Under the pieces are notes generated by a model. The model had not been told where the DNA came from, ran no database searches, and worked only from the letters and a program-made list of their open reading frames with translations. 64,000 nt of DNA from Planctomycetota bacterium (GTDB lineage: Bacteria; Planctomycetota; UBA8108; SXIK01), in assembly GCA_965223845.1 (NCBI GenBank), contig CBDCXR010000004.1, forward strand, positions 4,811,334 through 4,875,333. Direction: 5' to 3'. Position numbers and translations under genes: made by a program. Shown in pieces: positions 1 through 9,506 of the stretch. How positions within the stretch are numbered: the first letter of the stretch is position 1; each line of letters starts with the position of its first letter.

Positions 1-987
1 CGTCGCCATCATCGCGAGAGGCTCGCCCGGTGCGAACTCATCCCCGGCGAGTTGCCAGCGGACAAACTGATCGTAGGGAAGGTTTTCGTAGAGCGCCCGA
101 ATCACGAAGTCGCGGTAGTGATACGCGTGCTTCCGATCGTAGTCATGCTCGAATCCGTGGCTCTCGGCGAAGCGCGCGACATCGAGCCAGTGTCGAGCCC
201 AACGTTCACCGTGCGCCGGACTCGCAAGGAGTCGATCGACGATCTCCCGGTACCGCAGCTCCGAGGGATCGCGCACGAACTCCTCGAGCTCACCGGGAGT
301 GGGAGGCAGTCCGGTGAGGTCGAGATAGAGCCGCCGGAGAAGTACGCGCGGCGAGGCCGGATCGCTTCGCCCGACGCTATGGTCTCGCTGCGCAGAGACA
401 ACGAAGGCATCGATCGGATGGTCTCCCGCGCCATCGACTCGCGGCGGCGCGACGGCACGCAATCGAGAGAACGACCACCAGTCGCGATCGCGGTCGCTGA
501 CGAACGACGCCGCGCCGCCCGGTCCTTCGCCGACGAGTGGCGAGTCGTAAGGCGCACCGAGATCGATCCACCGACCGATCCACTCGACCGTGTCCTGCGG
601 AAGCGGCGCCTCCCGGTGCGGCATGAATGGCTCTTCTCGTCGCGCGACGAGTCGGTAGAGAAGACTCTGCTCACGATCGCCGGGGCGCACGGCCGGTCCG
701 GATCGGCCGCCGCTCAAGAGGCCGCTCCGCGTCGAGAGGTCAAAGTCCGCTCGTTTCTTTCCTCCGCCGTGACAACCGAGGCAGCGATCGACGAGAACCG
801 AGCGGAGCTTCGCCTTGAAGAGTCGTGCGCCGGCGGCCATGCGCTCGGCGTGGTCCGGAGGGACGTTCACCTCCGGCGGAGTCTCTTCCGCGAGAACGGC
901 GAACGGAAGAACGATCCACTGAACCGTGAGCGCCCCGCGGAGGAGGAGCCGGCAAACGCGAGGCGGCGTCCGTAGCGTCATTTCCAT
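1..987 (-). CDS. PSCyt1/DUF1549/DUF1553 (PSD1) family protein, partial. The C-terminal part lies beyond the window start.
   Basis: Minus-strand translation gives a signal peptide (MEMTLRTPPRVCRLLLRGALTVQWIVLPFAVLA). It is followed by a planctomycete cytochrome-C-like PSCyt1 motif (CLGCHGGGKKRADFDLSTRSGLLSGGRSGPAVRPG...MPHREAPLPQDTVEWIGRWIDLGAPY). Then comes a DUF1549-like region (LTGLPPTPGELEEFVRDPSELRYREIVDRLLASPAHGERWARHWLDVARF). The ATG sits at 985-987. The ORF has no stop inside the window, so the ORF track does not list it. Confidence 0.8.
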   Translation of the reverse strand, partial: MEMTLRTPPRVCRLLLRGALTVQWIVLPFAVLAEETPPEVNVPPDHAERMAAGARLFKAKLRSVLVDRCLGCHGGGKKRADFDLSTRSGLLSGGRSGPAVRPGDREQSLLYRLVARREEPFMPHREAPLPQDTVEWIGRWIDLGAPYDSPLVGEGPGGAASFVSDRDRDWWSFSRLRAVAPPRVDGAGDHPIDAFVVSAQRDHSVGRSDPASPRVLLRRLYLDLTGLPPTPGELEEFVRDPSELRYREIVDRLLASPAHGERWARHWLDVARFAESHGFEHDYDRKHAYHYRDFVIRALYENLPYDQFVRWQLAGDEFAPGEPLAMMAT

Positions 988-1451
988 CGTCACTCGACAA
1001 CAACACGCAAACGACGCGACCGAGCTCGACGGCGCCCCGAGGCGTGCTGGCCGCGAAGGACATTGTATCGCGGCGTGGAGACTTGAGGAGTCTGGGCACG
1101 GGTCCACAGCGCCCCCAAACGCAGCGCCGCTCGGTCATCGCGGCCGGTGTCATCGACTCCCGAGCGCTCGAAGCAGCTCGCGAGCGGACGGCGGCTACCG
1201 AGGCGCGCGAGATTTGGAGAGATCGCGTCGACGCAAGGAGCCGGCGGCCGTCGTGCTACCGGTCAAGAGCGTCCAAACCATACGCGTGCGCGCTTCGTGC
1301 GACGATCAGCTGCTCCTGGGCACACGGATTCGTTCGGAAGAAACGCTCTCGATGCGCATCGTCGAGAGGCGGGGCGTCGGGCTCTGCGGGAGATCACGGA
1401 TCTGATCGCCGCCGTTCTCTCCCACCCGAGCGAAGGTCTTAACCGACGTCC

Positions 1452-2327
1452 CTAGAGCGTGCAGGTGTCCTGGCAGAACGAGCCGCAGCAGGTGTTGTAC
1501 ACGCACGTCGGAACCCACCAGCAGATTCCCCACCAGCAGACGCGGATCACCGTGTCGTCCCGAACTTGAATGCAAGTCGGCACCTGGGGTCCACAGAGCC
1601 GAACATCCGGACATTCATCGCTCTTCCGGCGGACGGTATCGTGCTGCTCCGCGAGCGCGGCCCACGGGCAGCCGGCGTTCTCCGCCCTCTCGAGCTCGAT
1701 CGTGAGCCGAGGCTCCGGGGCATCCCCGACTCCGCGGGCGATCTGGAGTCCGCGCACGACGTCCGAGAGGTCGAGCGTACCGTCGCGGGTAGCATCGGCT
1801 CCGAGGAAACACTCCGGTGTCGGTCCGCCAGAGTAGAGGTACTCGAGCGTCGAGATCGCGTCGGCAAAGTCGACATCGAGATCTCCGTCCGCGTCGCCCG
1901 GCCGGTAGGGAGTCGTCGCCGCGACGAGCTCCGCCTCGAGGTCGGCCGCGAGAGTGCGAAGCGAATCGAGCCGTTCGGCGAGCTCGACAAGCTTCGCCGG
2001 CGGCTCTCGACCCTCGTTCTCGAAGAAGTCATGGATCGTTTCGAACTCGAAGTGCTCGAGGCGCGATGCTGCCGAGGCCACCAGCCGTCCGGACGCTCGC
2101 GGGTCGCTCTCGAGGTGTTCCGCGGCCTCGATGAGTGCGGCTTCGACCTGATCGAATCGCTCCGCGAGAGCTGAGGCGTGCTGCTCGAGCACGGCCGCCG
2201 AATCTCGGAGCCCGTTCCGGCTCGAAGGCTCCTCAGCGGCGCGGAGCGCCGGCGATACGAGCGCGAGGACGAGACTGGCGATGGCGACGTTCGCGGCACG
2301 AGTCAGCGGATCGATGGACCTTCGCAC
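1452..2327 (-). CDS. Secreted hypothetical protein with dockerin-like (EF-hand-type) repeat and Cys/Trp-rich C-terminal tail
   Basis: ORF 1452..2441 on the minus strand. The likely start is the GTG at 2325-2327, preceded by GGGAGAA. It opens a Sec-type signal (RRSIDPLTRAANVAIASLVLALVSPALRAAEE). The protein has a dockerin-type segment (GDADGDLDVDFADAISTLEYLYSGG...DATRDGTLDLSDVVRGLQ). About 12 Cys fall in the last 70 aa (VCWWGICWWVPTCVYNTCCGSFCQDTCTL). Confidence 0.6.
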   Translation of the reverse strand: MRRSIDPLTRAANVAIASLVLALVSPALRAAEEPSSRNGLRDSAAVLEQHASALAERFDQVEAALIEAAEHLESDPRASGRLVASAASRLEHFEFETIHDFFENEGREPPAKLVELAERLDSLRTLAADLEAELVAATTPYRPGDADGDLDVDFADAISTLEYLYSGGPTPECFLGADATRDGTLDLSDVVRGLQIARGVGDAPEPRLTIELERAENAGCPWAALAEQHDTVRRKSDECPDVRLCGPQVPTCIQVRDDTVIRVCWWGICWWVPTCVYNTCCGSFCQDTCTL

Positions 2328-2525
2328 GGTGGATTCTCCCGAGAGTGCACTGCGAGATGACGCGGTCGAGCCGCGCCGTAGCCGGGAGAGCGCACGGATG
2401 CCCTCGAGAGACCGGCTCCTCCCCAGTAACTGCACGTCCACCGCCGGTCAGCTCATCCTGTTCCCGGTTTTCTCCGAATCCGGACGAAGAACGGAGGCAC
2501 CGAGAACGGCCAGCCAGGCCCAGGC

Positions 2526-4322
2526 CTACTCGGGCGGTGCGAAGAGGAGCACGCGACCGCCGTCGTCGGTCCACTGTAGGAGCCCGACCAGGGCACCGTC
2601 GCGCCGCGAGACGACGACGCCTCCGTGCCACGATGGGTCGAGCGGCACGCTCGGCTCGAGTCGCCAGTGATCCGCTTCGACCGACGCGATCTGTCCGACC
2701 GCGAGTGGGAAGGGCATCCCCTGCGGATCGGCGACGACGAGCGCGTCCTCCGCGTTCGCCGGGGTGCGGACGCGCACTCGCGGCCACGGCGTGATCGCCG
2801 GCAGCGTCGACGCGAGCGGATAGTAGACGATGGCACCTTGGGCGCCGAGCGACTCCGGCGCGACGGGAAACTCCTCCCCCGCGATCGCGAGGCGGATCTC
2901 TCCGTCGATCGAGTCTTCGACCGGGGCGAAGAAATCGCCGAGACCGAGAAGCCCGCGATCGAACACGAGCACCCAAGCCTCGCGCTGACGCGCCGACTTC
3001 CACCCGACGTAGTTTCGCTCGCGCCAGCGAAGGGTGGCGCGCCGCGCATGCGGCAGCGCGACGCCGCCCGGAAGAAGACGATCGCCGACGGGGATCGGCG
3101 GCTCCCAGTCGTGCCAGTCTTTCGGCGGGCCGGCATCGAGAGTGAACGGATGCCCCGTGACGACGGAATCTTCGTCGACGTTCGGGGTCGCGAATGCGAC
3201 TCCACCCGCGATGACGGTCGCGAGCGACTCGAGGTCGAGCTTCACTCCCGAGATGCCGACGTCGACATCGATACCGCTCACCGCCCAAAACCGCGTGTTT
3301 GGACGAACGAGTGCGCGGTACTGCGGCTCGACGTAGGCTCGAGCTTCGACGCGGGCGGCGTCCGAAGCGAGATTCACGGACGTGACGCGGCCGACGCGGA
3401 TCCCGCGATACAAGACCGGAGAACCTCGCTCGAGCCCGAACCGGTCCTTCGCACGAAGAATGACCTCGAGGCCTCCCTCCGTCCGATCCAGCTCTGCCGG
3501 TGCCTCGTCGAGTCCCTCGAACTCGCGCCGCGGCTCGGCCGAGCTCGGCCCCGGCGCGACGGCGAGAAAACGACCGCCGACAAGCGTTTCGAGTCCGCGA
3601 ATCTCGGTGATGCCGACGCGAGGACGCTCCACCCAGAACAGACTCCCGGCCCGCGCGATCGCGGTCGCGGTCTCGGCGAGGCGCACCGTGACGCTCACTG
3701 AGCCGAGGTCGCCGGCAAGGCGAACGTCGGTCACTTCGCCGACGACCATTCCGCGGTAGCGCAATTCGTCTCCGGCGGCGAGTCCGTAGGCTTCGCGGAA
3801 ACGGATCGCGATGTCGACGACGCCGCTGTCGTCGAGAGCCGGCGCACGCTCGAGACCCACGAACTCCGAGCGCGGCGGTCCTCCGGCCGGACCCGGCAGC
3901 ACGCCGACGTACTTCGCGCCGATCGCCGTCTCGAGCGCGCGCACACCCTTCAAACTGAACTGCGGCCTCTCGATCCAGAAGCGGGAGCCTTCACGCGCGA
4001 GTCGTTCGGCATTCGGAACGAGCGAAATCGCGACGATCACCGTCGCGGCATCGCCGGCGAGCTCGACCGAGGAGACGGCGCCGACCTGGATCCCCCGGTA
4101 CTCGACCGCGTCGCCTGCCTTGAGGCCGTGTCCTTCGGGAAACGTGACTCGAATCGGCACGCCGGCTTCGGGTCGCGCGAGAACGGTGAGCACGATCGCC
4201 GCGACCAGGCAAAGAAGCGCGACCCACCACGCGTGCGTCGTCAGCACTCGGAGGCCGCGCGGCGCGGGTCGAACCGCGGCGGCGGGAAACTCGGGTGCTG
4301 AGCTTTGCTCGTTCGAGCTCAT
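2526..4322 (-). CDS. pqiB: PqiB/MlaD-like MCE-domain protein, a paraquat-inducible protein B homolog with three MCE domains
   Basis: N-terminal TM helix (WWVALLCLVAAIVLTVLA) followed by three MCE-like repeats (IRVTFPEGHGLKAGDAVEYRGIQVGAVSSVEL; VDIAIRFREAYGLAAGDELRYRGMVVGEVTDVRL; LEVILRAKDRFGLERGSPVLYRGIRVGRVTSVNL). Starts 1 nt after the pqiA stop. Confidence 0.8.
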   Translation of the reverse strand: MSSNEQSSAPEFPAAAVRPAPRGLRVLTTHAWWVALLCLVAAIVLTVLARPEAGVPIRVTFPEGHGLKAGDAVEYRGIQVGAVSSVELAGDAATVIVAISLVPNAERLAREGSRFWIERPQFSLKGVRALETAIGAKYVGVLPGPAGGPPRSEFVGLERAPALDDSGVVDIAIRFREAYGLAAGDELRYRGMVVGEVTDVRLAGDLGSVSVTVRLAETATAIARAGSLFWVERPRVGITEIRGLETLVGGRFLAVAPGPSSAEPRREFEGLDEAPAELDRTEGGLEVILRAKDRFGLERGSPVLYRGIRVGRVTSVNLASDAARVEARAYVEPQYRALVRPNTRFWAVSGIDVDVGISGVKLDLESLATVIAGGVAFATPNVDEDSVVTGHPFTLDAGPPKDWHDWEPPIPVGDRLLPGGVALPHARRATLRWRERNYVGWKSARQREAWVLVFDRGLLGLGDFFAPVEDSIDGEIRLAIAGEEFPVAPESLGAQGAIVYYPLASTLPAITPWPRVRVRTPANAEDALVVADPQGMPFPLAVGQIASVEADHWRLEPSVPLDPSWHGGVVVSRRDGALVGLLQWTDDGGRVLLFAPPE

Positions 4323-4323
4323 T

Positions 4324-4917
4324 TCAAGCTTCCTCTTCTTCCCAGATGGAACGCGGGTCGAACGCGAGCGATGCGAAAAGACTCATCGCGACGCACAAAG
4401 CGAAGGCGACGACACCGTAGCCGAATCGAAATTGAACGAGGTTTCCGAGCTTGACGAGCATCACGAGAAACGCAAGGAGGAGGACATCCATCATGCTCCA
4501 CTTGCCGACGGTCTCCATGACGTGATACGTGAGTGCCTTGTGCTTCCTCCTGAGTAGACCGAGAAGACTGAGCTCGAGGAGAAGCACGATCTTCCCGAGT
4601 GGAAATACGATCGAGAAGACGAGCACCACACCACCGACGAACCAGCTTCCGCTGCGAAGGAGATCGACGGTGCCGGCGAGGATGCTCGACGCCGTGCGAT
4701 GCCCGAGCTGTTCGACTTCGAGCACCGGAAGGAGAATCGCCGGCCAAAAGAGAACGAACGCACCGACGGCGAACGCCGCGGTTCGCGCCGACGAAAGCTG
4801 CGCATCTCGTGGCAGCGGAATCGCGGCGCCGCAGCGAACGCAGTAGGCCCGTTCGCTCGGTGCGACGTCGCCGACGCGGTGGATGAGACCGCAGGAATGG
4901 CAGGCGTGATGGTTCAT
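4324..4917 (-). CDS. pqiA: PqiA-family integral membrane protein (single-repeat, half-size form) with N-terminal zinc ribbon
   Basis: N-terminal CxxC...CxxC motif (CHSCGLIHRV...YCVRCGA) followed by about 4 predicted TM helices, directly upstream of pqiB. 197 aa, versus about 417 aa for two-repeat E. coli PqiA. Confidence 0.7.
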   Translation of the reverse strand: MNHHACHSCGLIHRVGDVAPSERAYCVRCGAAIPLPRDAQLSSARTAAFAVGAFVLFWPAILLPVLEVEQLGHRTASSILAGTVDLLRSGSWFVGGVVLVFSIVFPLGKIVLLLELSLLGLLRRKHKALTYHVMETVGKWSMMDVLLLAFLVMLVKLGNLVQFRFGYGVVAFALCVAMSLFASLAFDPRSIWEEEEA

Positions 4918-5264
4918 CGTTCGTGCCCGGAGCGGCGAAAGACTCCGCGGCGTGACCGAGATGCCATGAACCGGGCGAACCGCCGCGCCCGTTTATCCTG
5001 AACTCTCTTCGATCCGACATCCATAAGGGGGCGCGTTCGATCCGTTGACTCCTCGGGCGTACCCAGCGCGTCCGGAGGCGGTTCGTTCACGCGCACGCCG
5101 CCCGATGGGTCGTGCGTTTCGGGCAGCATGCAGGTTTCCTCGAGGGGAGTACAGGGGCAATCTCGGACCAAAGCCGCCGGCGTCGGTGACGCCTTTCGTA
5201 CCGTCTTTCGACCCCCGTTCTTGGTCGCTGATCTTCTCGGGGTCGATGGATATCGGTGCGGGCT

Positions 5265-6872
5265 TCAGACCTGAAACACGCCGAGCCCAGAGGCCTCGGC
5301 GGGCGCCGCGCGCGTCGCGAGCTCGAGCAGGTGCGCGAGCACGGCACGCGTCTCACGCGGGTCGATGATCGCGTCGACCCAGAGCCGCGCGGCGGCGTAG
5401 TACGGCGAAACGGTCTCGTCGTACTTCGAGCGGATGCGTTCGAGGATCTCGGCTTCGCCCTCGGCCTCGAGCTCGGCACCGAGCTTCTTTCGCTCGATGC
5501 TGAGGATCGTCTCCGCCGCCTGCTCGCCGCCCATGACGCCGATGCGCGCCGATGGCCAAGCGACCATGAAGCGCGGAGCAAACGCACGACCGCAAAGCGC
5601 GTAGTTCCCCGCGCCGTAGCTGTTCCCGACGACGAGAGTGATCTTCGGCACCGTCGTGTTGCTGACCGCGCTCACGAGCTTCGCACCGTCCTTGATGATG
5701 CCGCCCTGCTCCGCACGCGTTCCGACCATGAACCCCGTAACATCCTGCACGAAAAGGAGCGGGATCTTCTTCTGCGTGCAGCTCAGCACGAACCGCGCGG
5801 CCTTCGCCGCAGAATCGGAATAGATCACCCCGCCGATTTGCATCTCGCCCGCACCCGTTCGAGTCGTGAGGCGCTGGCTCGCGACCACGCCGACGACGTA
5901 GCCATCGATGCGCGCGGTTCCGGTGACGAGTGAACGACCGTACTCGGCCTTGAATTCCTCCCAAGAACCGTCGTCGATCACGCAGCGAAGGAGATCACGG
6001 GCGTCGTAGGGCGCGCGGTGATCGGCGGGAAGGACGTCGAGAACTCCACCGGGTTCCTCGGCCGGAGCCATCGGAGCTTCACGCAAGAACCCGCCCGAGG
6101 GATCCGCGGGCCATTGCGCCGCGAGGCGACGAACGCGCTCGAGAGCGCTCGCGTCGTCCTCGTCCTCGTAGTCCGCCATGCCACTCAGGCGCATGTGTGT
6201 CGACGCGCCGCCGAGCGATTCTGCGTCCGCGTCTTCGCCGATGGCGGCTTTGACGAGATACGGACCTCCGAGAAAGATCCCGCTCGTTCCCTTCACCATC
6301 ACGAGCTCGTCGCAGAGCGCGGGGATGTACGCGCCGCCGGCGACGCACGGCCCCATCACCGCGGCGATCTGCGGGACGCCCGCCGCTGACAAGCGTGCGT
6401 TGTTGTAAAAGATACGCCCCGCGTGATCGCGGTCGGGAAACGACTCGTGCTGGAGCGGGAGGAAAAGTCCACCCGAGTCGACGAGGTAGATGATCGGGAC
6501 GCGGTTCTCGAGTCCGATCTCCTGGGCACGAAGGATCTTTTTGATGGTGAGTGGAAACCACGTCCCGCTCTTCACCATCGAGTCGTTGGCGATCACGATC
6601 GCTGCGCGCCCGCTCACGCGTCCGGCGATGGTCCGAACGCCCGCCGCCGAGATGGTTCCGGCTTCGTCGTAGACCCCGGCCGCCGCGAGCGCCCCGATCT
6701 CGAATCGAGCTGCCTGTTCGTCGAAGAGCAGATCGAGCCGCTCGGGGATGGTCAGCTTTCCTTTCGAGTGTTGTCGTTCGACCGCCGATTCGCTGCGCAC
6801 GGAGGTCGACTCTAGGAGTCGCTCCGCTAGCTCCGCGATTCTGTGCTCGTGCTGTTCTCTTCCGGTCGACAC
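5265..6872 (-). CDS. Acyl-CoA carboxylase carboxyltransferase (beta) subunit (propionyl/methylcrotonyl/geranyl-CoA carboxylase beta-like)
   Basis: The ORF-track ORF 5265..7313 is N-terminally over-extended into the upstream hydratase gene. The likely start is the GTG at 6870-6872 with GGAG about 10 nt upstream (VSTGREQHEHRIAELAERL...AVERQHSKGKLTIPERLDLLFD). Carboxyltransferase hallmarks are present: VIANDSMVKSGTWFP, AVMGPCVAGGAYIPALCD, LLFVQDVTGFMVG, VVGNSYGAGNYALCGRAF. Confidence 0.85.
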   Translation of the reverse strand: MSTGREQHEHRIAELAERLLESTSVRSESAVERQHSKGKLTIPERLDLLFDEQAARFEIGALAAAGVYDEAGTISAAGVRTIAGRVSGRAAIVIANDSMVKSGTWFPLTIKKILRAQEIGLENRVPIIYLVDSGGLFLPLQHESFPDRDHAGRIFYNNARLSAAGVPQIAAVMGPCVAGGAYIPALCDELVMVKGTSGIFLGGPYLVKAAIGEDADAESLGGASTHMRLSGMADYEDEDDASALERVRRLAAQWPADPSGGFLREAPMAPAEEPGGVLDVLPADHRAPYDARDLLRCVIDDGSWEEFKAEYGRSLVTGTARIDGYVVGVVASQRLTTRTGAGEMQIGGVIYSDSAAKAARFVLSCTQKKIPLLFVQDVTGFMVGTRAEQGGIIKDGAKLVSAVSNTTVPKITLVVGNSYGAGNYALCGRAFAPRFMVAWPSARIGVMGGEQAAETILSIERKKLGAELEAEGEAEILERIRSKYDETVSPYYAAARLWVDAIIDPRETRAVLAHLLELATRAAPAEASGLGVFQV

Positions 6873-6901
6873 GCCCGATTCGCTCCACTTTCTCGTCGGC
6901 G

Positions 6902-7669
6902 TCAATCGTCCCACTTCACGGTCTCGCGGCGCGCGAACGCATCGAGACCGCGGCGAGCGTCCTCGCTCGCAACGGCGCTTTCGAACTCGGCGCACGCGGC
7001 ACTCAGATCGGCGTCGAGCGATCGTTGATCGAGCTGCGCGAGAAATTCGCGGGTGCGACGGGTCGCGTCCCGAGATCGCTGGTACACGAAGAGTCGCGCG
7101 TATTCTTCGGCCGCAGCGAGCGCCGGGATGTCCGGCACGAAGTCGACCAGTCCATCCGCGAGCGCGCTCTCGGCGTCGTAGGTACGCCCAGCCGCAGCGA
7201 TCGCAGCGACTCGCGCGGCCGACAGGCGTCGCCTCAGCACGACCGATACGAGCGCCGGAACGAGACCCAGTCGAGTCTCGGGAAGGGCGAGCGACACGCC
7301 CGGTCCCGCCCATACGAGATCGGCGGCGAGCGCGAGCCCGAGTCCACCGCCGACCGCCGCACCGTCGAGCGCCGATAGAACGGGGATCGGCGAGCGAAGA
7401 ACGGCGCGGTAGAGCGAGGCGAGCTCGTCGGCAAAGCGCGCCGCCACCGCGCGGTCTCCGAGCGAAACGTCGCGGAGATCCATGCCGGCAGAAAACACCC
7501 GCGAGGTGCTCCCGAGGATGAGGATTCGGGCCGAGGAATTCGAGCCGGCGTCTTCGATCGCGGCGCGCGCCGCGCGGACCATGTCGAGCGTGAGCGCGTT
7601 GCGTTTACTCTCGCGGTCGAGAAGCACGCGCACTACGCCGTCCGACGATTGACACTGAATTCCGCTCAC
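6902..7669 (-). CDS. Enoyl-CoA hydratase/isomerase (crotonase) family protein
   Basis: VRVLLDRESKRNALTLDMV...SARILILGSTSRVFSAGMDL...ALDGAAVGGGLGLALAADL. Its start overlaps the DUF4387 stop (ATGA). Confidence 0.85.
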   Translation of the reverse strand: MSGIQCQSSDGVVRVLLDRESKRNALTLDMVRAARAAIEDAGSNSSARILILGSTSRVFSAGMDLRDVSLGDRAVAARFADELASLYRAVLRSPIPVLSALDGAAVGGGLGLALAADLVWAGPGVSLALPETRLGLVPALVSVVLRRRLSAARVAAIAAAGRTYDAESALADGLVDFVPDIPALAAAEEYARLFVYQRSRDATRRTREFLAQLDQRSLDADLSAACAEFESAVASEDARRGLDAFARRETVKWDD

Positions 7670-8142
7670 GATGGCCTTCCCTCCTCTGACGAGTCGCTGG
7701 ATTCAGCCCCGAGGTCCGCAGGATTCTCGCGGAAAGCGGCGCTCGACTCGAGCACGCAATCGGAAGGAAGCTCGGCGCCCCAGTGGTCGAGGACCGCGCG
7801 TTCGAGATCCGGCGGAAGCGAGATCGGCGCGCGCAGGAGTGCCGGCGCAAGAGTCTTTCCCTGTGCGTCGAGACGAAGCGATACGGCCCCACCACCACCA
7901 AGCGCGTGGGAGACGACGAAATTGAGCGCGCCGAGATTCTCGAGTTCGTAGCGAAGAACGGAGCCGACTTCGAGCGGAGCGAGCACTCCCGCGACGCGCT
8001 GCGCGGTGAGGTTTCGCACGAGCCATGGATACCAATCGGGCCGGCGCGCGATGATGCCGATGTTCGCCTTGTCGCCCTTGTCACCCGAGCGGCCGTGCGC
8101 GAGAAGGAAGAGTCGATAGCGCGTTTTCATGGAAGAAGTCAT
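7666..8142 (-). CDS. DUF4387-like small protein (AtuA-associated)
   Basis: About 158 aa ([45 protein letters not shown]...) that routinely follows AtuA genes. Its ATG overlaps the AtuA stop (ATGA at 8139-8142). The upstream part of ORF 7666..8550 is an artefact. Confidence 0.7.
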   Translation of the reverse strand: MTSSMKTRYRLFLLAHGRSGDKGDKANIGIIARRPDWYPWLVRNLTAQRVAGVLAPLEVGSVLRYELENLGALNFVVSHALGGGGAVSLRLDAQGKTLAPALLRAPISLPPDLERAVLDHWGAELPSDCVLESSAAFRENPADLGAESSDSSEEGRPS

Positions 8143-9506
8143 TCGACGATGTCGACGCGATACCGCACGGCGTCGCGCGGAACGAGTCCCGACCAGATCG
8201 CCCGAACGGCCGATGCCTTCGGTCGTCCCCCTGCGTAGCCCGTCGCTCCGGGCGGTCCGGTGAGGACGAGACCGATCATTTCGCGACCGACGAGCTCGAG
8301 GCCCTCCTTGTCCGCACCGCGCACGGCGACTCGAAGGACGACCTCCACCGGTTCCGGCGTGGGGCCACTCGCGCCGCGAAAGCAGGCGTCCGCGCCGACC
8401 ACCTCGACGCACCACTCGTCGACGGAGTTCGCGCCGAGATTCTCGACGCGCCGGCGAAGCACGGCGGCCGCGCGCTCCGCCTTCTCGCGAGCGTCGGGCC
8501 AGCAGTAGGTCATCTGCGCGGTGACCTTCCAACCCGCGTCGTAGACGCACGAAACCTTGAGCCGCTCAGGCGCGGGCCTCCCGCGCACACCGCTGATCTC
8601 GACGCGGTCCGGACCGATTTCGCGGAGATCGATCGACGTGAAGTCCGCGACGCAATCGGCCGTGATGTAGTGACGCGGATCGCCGATTTCGTAGAGGAGC
8701 TGCTCCTTCACCGTCGCCGCCGAGACCTTGCCGCCGAGCGAAGGATGCTTCGTGATCACCGCGCGATCCGGAGTCTCGATCTCCGCGATGGGAAAACCGA
8801 TCCGATCGGCCCCCTCGATCGAGCGCCAGTCCCCGAGAAAATTCCCACCGCTCGCCTGCGCGCCGCATTCGAGCACGTGACCGACGACCGTTCCGAGCGC
8901 GAGGGCATCGATCTGATCGCCCGTGATGCCGAACTCGTGCCGGAGCGGAGCGACGACGAGCGCGGTGTCGGTGCAGCGCCCGGTGACGACGATCTGCGCT
9001 CCGCGCTCGAGCGCCTCGACGATCGGATCCGCGCCGAGGTAGACGTGGGCGCTCGTCGCCCTCGATGCGACTTCGCTCCACGGCAACTCGTCGGCATCGA
9101 GCGGTCGCACGTCGATCGAGCCCGCGCCGTCGTGCTCGGGATCGCTCGGGAGAAGATCGAGGACGTCATGGCTCTCGACGACACCGATCTTCAAACCGTC
9201 GACACCGCGGCGCTTCGCCTCGGCGAGCAGAGCTTGGGCGCAGCCGGTCGCGTTGACCCCGCCGGCGCTCGCGACGACGCGGATCCCCCGCTCGGAGATC
9301 TCGGGGAGAAGCTCACCGATATCCCGCACGAAGTCGCGCGCGTAACCGGCCTCGGGATCGCGGCGATGCTGCTTGTCCAGAATCGCGATCGTCACTTCGG
9401 CGAGGTAGTCGAGAACTAGATAGTCGATCGGCCCGGAGCGCACCTGGAGCGCAGGCGCCTGGGACCAATCGCCCCAAAACGCCTGACCGCTCGCGATCCG
9501 GATCAC
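8139..9506 (-). CDS. atuA: Acyclic terpene utilisation AtuA-family protein (DUF1446)
   Basis: 455 aa: [43 protein letters not shown]...[16 protein letters not shown]. Its start overlaps the acyl-CoA dehydrogenase stop (ATGA). Confidence 0.75.
   Translation of the reverse strand: MIRIASGQAFWGDWSQAPALQVRSGPIDYLVLDYLAEVTIAILDKQHRRDPEAGYARDFVRDIGELLPEISERGIRVVASAGGVNATGCAQALLAEAKRRGVDGLKIGVVESHDVLDLLPSDPEHDGAGSIDVRPLDADELPWSEVASRATSAHVYLGADPIVEALERGAQIVVTGRCTDTALVVAPLRHEFGITGDQIDALALGTVVGHVLECGAQASGGNFLGDWRSIEGADRIGFPIAEIETPDRAVITKHPSLGGKVSAATVKEQLLYEIGDPRHYITADCVADFTSIDLREIGPDRVEISGVRGRPAPERLKVSCVYDAGWKVTAQMTYCWPDAREKAERAAAVLRRRVENLGANSVDEWCVEVVGADACFRGASGPTPEPVEVVLRVAVRGADKEGLELVGREMIGLVLTGPPGATGYAGGRPKASAVRAIWSGLVPRDAVRYRVDIVE

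Noticed and set aside
2233-3701. ORFs 2233..3288 (-) and 2625..3701 (+), 351 and 358 aa
   Set aside because: Alternative frames overlapping pqiB. Extreme Arg/Gly/Ser composition. pqiB has clear MCE-domain repeats.
5265-7313. 682-aa ORF treated as a single carboxyltransferase
   Set aside because: The first ~147 codons overlap the crotonase gene in another frame and are Arg-rich junk. The carboxyltransferase N-terminal conserved region begins at the GTG at 6872.
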